DNA from: Amphiscolops sp. MND2022 | Taxonomy: Eukaryota | Reading direction: 5' to 3' | NCBI GenBank assembly: GCA_964187785.1 | Contig: OZ076417.1 | Span: forward strand, 2,418,001 to 2,482,000 | DNA: 64,000 nt | In this document: in pieces, positions 58,275 to 64,000 of the stretch | How the letters are laid out: each line of letters begins with the position of its first letter | Position numbering within the stretch: the stretch's first letter is position 1 | Position numbers and translations under genes: made by a program | Notes under the pieces: generated by a model | Told to the model about the DNA's origin: nothing | Database searches by the model: none | What the model saw: the letters and a program-made list of their open reading frames with translations, nothing else

Positions 58275-60496
58275 TCAAAAGATTCCAAGCAACGGTTCTC
58301 TTAGAGAAGCAGACCTTATAGGTCTACTATAAGAGGCACGGTTCCTCCGGTCAGTGGTAGTTGTCACACCTAGAGCCGTGTCCAATTCGTCTTGGTCCCA
58401 GATCGTGAACTTTTGCATGTCTTTTGCGTAGGGAAAGTAAATGTAGCTCACTTTGTTGTTGCAACGGATGCACACAATTCTTTCGTCTTCGTCGGCCGTA
58501 TTGACAACTATCGCCTACAAGCAGTGATGAAAGACAAAGTAGAAAAACGAAAACATTAGGTCATGATTTTTTTCCGTGCAATTGATTTGAACCCAGTTCA
58601 AAAAAACTTGAAAAAATGCAGTTTTCTGCTTTCTTTAGTTGCTTTTCTCTATATCATACCATTTTTGAAGAGTTTGGTTGCGAATGATGTTAAGACTGAA
58701 GAGAAGGGTGAATCTTATTGCTGTTTTTTGAGATGTTTAGTTCTGTTTTTTCGACAAGATTTCTCAACTTTCAGTTGTACAGAGATTGTACAGACGGTTA
58801 AGACAGCTAATACGGCTATTACAATAGTCTGAGAAAATGCTGAACCTTTATTTGTGAGCAATAATTTAGACTGCATGTTAACACAGCTACCATTTCACAT
58901 GGTGATTTCTGTGAATCTGTATATTTTTGCATTAATTTAGGGAAGTAGAAAGAAGAGATGAATCTTTAACATCGCCGCCTAACAGATTCTGATGATGTTA
59001 ATTTTATAGCGAACAAGTAGGGAATCGAAATTTCATCCTCAATATTTGCAAAGAAGAACTCTGTCGCATGTAAAAGATAGTAAATGAAAAGATAATAAAC
59101 CCTGGTTGGAACTGCTTGAACTTTTTACATGTTTTTGTAGGTTACCAAGCTAATTTTCCATGATTTTATAAAATTCTCAAAGAAATGTCCATGTATTAAA
59201 TTTTCACTGACTCGATTTAATTTTATCAAGCTGCCTATAAAATGCATCTTAAATTTGGCGGCAATTCTGCGGCGCGATGTTTTGCAAGTTTCATAAAGAC
59301 GCCGTTCTAATTTTGAAAGCAGCTGAGACCTTAATCAATTTTACCGTCAATTTTTTCAATCAATTTTTTCAATGCAAACAAATTTCAGTCACATTATAAG
59401 TTTCAAAGTAGCGTCATATTCAGCGTGCTATTTGGCTAACGGTGATTACAAAAGGTACTTACATGAGAAACTTACGCGTGAAAACAAAGTGATCGCGGTG
59501 GTGAAGAAGTGGAAATGTTTTCAGTTTTAACTCAAATAGTGAAGGCTGCATTGTAATCCTACAAAATGTTTCCATGCACGGTCCCGGAATTTTCCATGTT
59601 TTATAAAAAATTAGCCTGCATGTTTCCATGCAGCATGTAAAAAGTTCAAGCAATCTCGACTAGGGAACCCCCTATCAGAATTATATATAACCAACTTTCT
59701 GGATGCAAAAGAATTGAATGTCTCCAGGAGATGAAGAAGTACCCGCCTACTAAACAAGCGTTAAAATTGGGAGGCAAAAGTTACAAAATGATGTCCCACT
59801 TGCCATATAACTAGTAAATACAATCGATGAAGTATTAAATTGATAAGTTTATTCGTTATTTGCAAACCTATGTTTCAAGAGCTCAAGCACACTGTAGAAT
59901 GCTTACTCATCTGATTTTCACATAACCCGGATGACAGCCGAATTCAGAGATTATTTTGTTTCGTCCAATTCGTTTTTCACAAATCAAGGTTACGTTTATT
60001 TCTTACTTTATTGTAGCTTTTAATCGAAAACTAATATGCGTAATATTTGCCATTGAAGGTTCAATGGAGTGTATTAGAAAGGTATATAATGTATTAATAC
60101 CTGTCTATGTCTTATTTAGTTTGCAAATCAAGTTTTCTTATTATCATTTTTTCTAACTATAGAAACAACATTCATTTCCTGACTCATCACTGCCCACTCC
60201 ACTAATTGCATATTCAAACTTTCGAGCCCTTTGTATTTATCACAAGACTGTATTTGAGCTCTACTTGACATTTTGCGGGCGGACTATCAGCTTTACCTTT
60301 ATGTATGTTTTTCCCCAGCAGCCCAGTTTCTTGAGTCGTGGCCCCAGCACCGGTGCGTCCAGTAAGCCAGTGTTAGTGCTGTAGTACTTGTACACTAGGT
60401 AGGGGGCCGCGTGGTTCCACTTGAACGTCTTGTCACTCAGATCAGGAATAGCCGCCGCCTTCGCTCCTCTTTTGTATCCTGGAACAAACAACAGCC
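58275..60496 (-). CDS. Possible two-exon fragment of an unknown host gene (60496-60295 and ~58506-58275)
   Basis: GC-richer open segments bounded by TTACAG| and AAG|GTAAAG, plus a candidate downstream acceptor. Confidence 0.3.
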
Positions 60497-60759
60497 TGTA
60501 ATTCAAGTCTCTGCTATGCTACATTCATGCAAGGCTAATTCGGTACAAACATTGATTAGCTCCGATTTTTTAGCACACTTCTACTGCAAAGTTTTCTACT
60601 CCATTGATTGAGGAACGCACTTATTATTTTCCGCCCACATATAATGAGGGGAAAAATCATGATCTGTGATGCATTTGTTTTCCAAATTCTGCTAAATCTC
60701 CACGCTCCATCACTTGACTACTTTAACTACTTGACTATTTTATATAGTCATTTGACTAT

Positions 60760-60815
60760 TTAGTTACTTGACGCAGTTAGTAGCAGACGCGAGGTCGCGG
60801 GTTCGAACCCGGGCT
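60760..60815 (+). repeat. tRNA-derived SINE-like head (Pol III B-box)
   Basis: GGTTCGAACCC at 60800-60810 in a T-arm-like context. No complete cloverleaf. Confidence 0.4.
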
Positions 60816-61689
60816 GATGTGTTGTTTTGAGCGGAAAATATCCGGGTGCTTAGCGGGCGTCTTGTTACTATCATCTTTTGTCTCGAAAACACGAACCGTT
60901 TTCAAACCAACCCAATGCTGTTGAAGTCAGAGCGACAACTATGACCAACTGTAGGAACACACTACTTCTATGTGGCAACATTTTGATCTTGTGAAGATTC
61001 CTGAAAAGCAAACAGTTCTATATCGGTCTTTGAGAACTTTTGTAGCGTTTTTTGTCATCAATATACTTTGGTCCTTGATGAAATTTCAAAGGTATCCGAA
61101 TTTATTCTTTCCTGCGCTTTTCTATGAGCGACGATTTTTTCCTTCTATATCTATATCTTCCTTACTGCGCTTATGATCACGTTACTCTGATCCATGGTTA
61201 TCCTGACGTTTCATTACATTAGTTATCCTTCCGCTCTTATTTTGTATCGCTGATTATAGGAAGAGCTAATTGAAGGAAACTCATTATTATTTTCATCGAA
61301 TTGCTGAAAGATGTAGTATTATTGCAATGTAATGACAAGGAATTACGAAACGTTTTGCAGAAAAAAATGTAGATATTGTTGTATTCTACGACTGAGTAAC
61401 TATGAAAGGGGAAAAGTTTTAGTTAAAATTTTCAATTTTCGTACTGTAACGTAAGCAACGGTATCACAAAATGAATGTATTTAGTCTAAGTTAATTTTGA
61501 GTTTGTTGACTAGCAACTCTTATAGTCTTCTAGACTAATGTTTATGAACAGAAGCTGTATATGAATGAATGTTTATGAACCGTATAACAGTTATTAAAAT
61601 GTGAAAACACCAGTTCAAAACTTGAATATGATGCATACCAAAACAACTGGTTGAGCAACAAAATCAATTTCGAGACTTTCTCTAAACTT

Positions 61690-62290
61690 AAGCGAAGCGT
61701 CGAAACGTTGTCAGAGGTTTGTTGGAGATGTCGTTGCAAAATAATCTGATATGATTCAAACAGATGTGAATGTGAATATTCTGAGAAACGAGTGGCGCGC
61801 CGGGGCTCGCTAGTGCGAGCCCCTGGCGCGCTAAAGTCTCACAATGCCGAAAAACTGAAAGGGGGGACCCTTTGAGGTTTTTCAACATCCATTCTGTCGC
61901 AAAACATGAAAAAAAATGAAGAAAACAAAAATTTTTATTTTCGGGAAAAAATCTCACAATGCCGAAAAAAACAGAAAGGGGGGACCCTTTGGGATTTTTC
62001 AACATCCATTCTGTCGCCAAATATCAAAAAATGCAGGGGGGACCCTTTGGGGAAAAAATTTTTCGAAAAAAAAGTCTCGCAGTGCCGAAAAAAATGAAAG
62101 GGGGATCCTTTGGTCTCGCCCGGTATGGTATGTCACGCGGAAAAACAGGAAAAACCTTTTTGGTTCAGTTCGCTAGACCAAATAGTGCAATTTGGTGCAA
62201 TAATATTTTGTAGAACTTTCAAGAACTATTTTGGTCAGTTCGTGTGGATAGAAAAAAAAGAGTCACTATAATAGTCGCGTTTCACTTCAT
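61690..62290 (-). repeat. Dispersed repeat family (copy 3, inverted)
   Basis: The reverse complement of 62061-62210 aligns with 55490-55640. Confidence 0.75.
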
Positions 62291-63059
62291 GAAGCGCCGA
62301 CTAAAAATAAGTACATAAGTTTTTACTGTCAACATCAATTGGCGCATAGAGCACTATGGTCCTAAAATGATTCTGTTTTTTTTACTATAGCCAAAAAAGA
62401 TTCTTTGAGCATAACCCTTGGTGTAGTAAGTGTTATACGGTTGATCCGAAAATACCTCTACTGAGCTTACGGGACCTAAACTGCAGACATTCCAGAACTC
62501 TATTGACATTATATTATTTCAAGGTTGTACGGCATTTTGTTAGGTTAGCCAGAGTAGCATACGGGATTTCAAAAAATATATTCTTAGTAAACTCTATTTT
62601 CCGAGTACCTAGTCTTAGATTATAACAGTAAATTCATGCAACCGCAGCTTCGTCAAGTTTTTGGAAGTAGAAAGTGTACCAAAGTTTACTCGGTCAGAAA
62701 AAGTGTTCATGATAGAATTGATTACTTGCCTAGCAGATGCAGTATTTATTGTCTGTATCAGGTCTCTTTTTGAAAGAAAACCAGAAAAGCATACAACAAA
62801 AACAAAAGAATAGGAAATTTTTTTTCATGAAAATTTCACCTCTCAGACTAAGTGAAACAAAAGTTACAATTGCATAATATGAGCTCTGTCAAAGAACGAC
62901 TTACTGTTCGATGTTGATTTGAATAATGGGATGTTATACTAACATGAAGTGTTCAATAATTTCCAGATTTTATTTTGAAAAGCGGGGAAACTTGTCAGTT
63001 TTTTACTTGATATTGGTTGAATTATTCTAAATGAAGATATGATGTGCATGTAGAGAACT

Positions 63060-63400
63060 AGTTCTAATGGATCTGAAAGATCCAAGCAATCTGGAACAAA
63101 AATGACAAATTAAAATCAGTACTTAGCCCGGTCTTGAAGGACTGCCATTTTTGCACTGGATTTAAAAAACAAGAAACCGGATTTTTGCTTCATTACCTAA
63201 TCACACAACTGCGTCTCAAGAAAAAACATTATCATAAAAAAATTACAGCCATTTTTCAATCAATATTTACACGGATAATGAACAAGCGAGGAACGGCATT
63301 TGTCTGTTTTGATTTGAAAGCAAGTCTTGATTAGGTCAGTTTTGATTCGATGACCGCGTCAACTTTGCAGTTACTGTTAGCGGACAATTTCAGTACACAC
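63060..63400 (+). pseudogene. Very decayed LINE RT fragment
   Basis: DLKDPSN...; GTAFVCFDLKASLD, resembling RT motif A. Confidence 0.35.
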
Positions 63401-63849
63401 GGTGTCAAAAAGAACCCTTAAATTCCACTCTGGTCATTTGAAGTACCTCGAACCAATTTTACGTAGATTTAACAAGTTGGCTGTTGATGCATCCAACTAA
63501 CAATCGTAGATTTGAGAGGAGCAAAAATCAGCAAGAAGAGCCCACCTTACTTGAGGATTCTTCCTGTGAGCAAATATCCAAAAAACGACATAGCAAAATC
63601 ATTCACTACAGAGTCAGCTTGCATTTATAGCTCAACTTTTTCAGAATTAAAGGTGACCAAAAACGTTCAAGGTAAAACTTTTTAGAGGGTTTCTACTTAC
63701 GGAAAGATTTTGGAAGCTTAGAGTAAACACTTCACGAACAAACTCACTTCCACCATTTCAAGTATCTTTCGACGTAATCGTGGATTGCAAACCCAAGTGC
63801 TCCTTTTTCCAAAGATTGTCTTTTTCTCTAACAAACTGTAAATCAAAAC

Positions 63850-64000
63850 CATGAGCAAATACAAAGGGCAATAAGAGAAGCTATTAATGAGCAAATTCTA
63901 CCTCAGATACAAGCGTCACTTATGTCCTTTAAGGAACAACGATGGAATCTGCCTTGTGAGAGACCGGAACGGAAGTCTGAAGATGCCTTCGACCGCAACC
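63850..64000 (+). mobile_element. Possible LTR-element gag N-terminal remnant running off the window
   Basis: Helical EQIQRAIREAINEQILPQIQASL segment. Confidence 0.25.

Noticed and set aside
60760-60815. Functional tRNA gene
   Set aside because: Only a B-box and T-arm are seen; there is no acceptor stem or anticodon arm.

Overview
This is AT-rich eukaryotic (animal, probably marine invertebrate) genomic DNA, mostly nested and decayed transposable elements around a broken Kelch-repeat gene. Left to right: a disrupted Polinton/Maverick-type protein-primed DNA polymerase B gene with small spliced ORFs, a 3 x 147-bp CCAAT/CRE repeat and a spliced B-box/coiled-coil gene (1-7 kb). Next come a decayed Gypsy pol split by a hAT deletion derivative, a LINE APE-RT fragment and a Penelope element (7.7-15.7 kb). 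A TSD-verified three-level nest follows (Gypsy-2 contains Gypsy-3, which contains a MULE; 15.7-27.4 kb), then a 13.5-kb rearranged tandem array of one BEL/Pao retrotransposon inside a Kelch-gene intron (30.9-44.3 kb). The rest is orphan ORFs and dispersed repeats. The strongest novel candidate is a spliced, antisense JmjC dioxygenase (histone-demethylase-like) gene, with intact HxD...H ligands, carried between integrase and the 3' LTR of the BEL/Pao element. Other unusual features are a PHD finger remnant inside the Penelope RT core, an intact SGNH-like extra ORF ahead of gag in Gypsy-2, a Tf1-like self-priming PBS in Gypsy-3, and a hammerhead ribozyme that rejoins the Penelope 3' end once the nested insertions are removed. 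All domain calls are motif recognition by eye; no database search was run.
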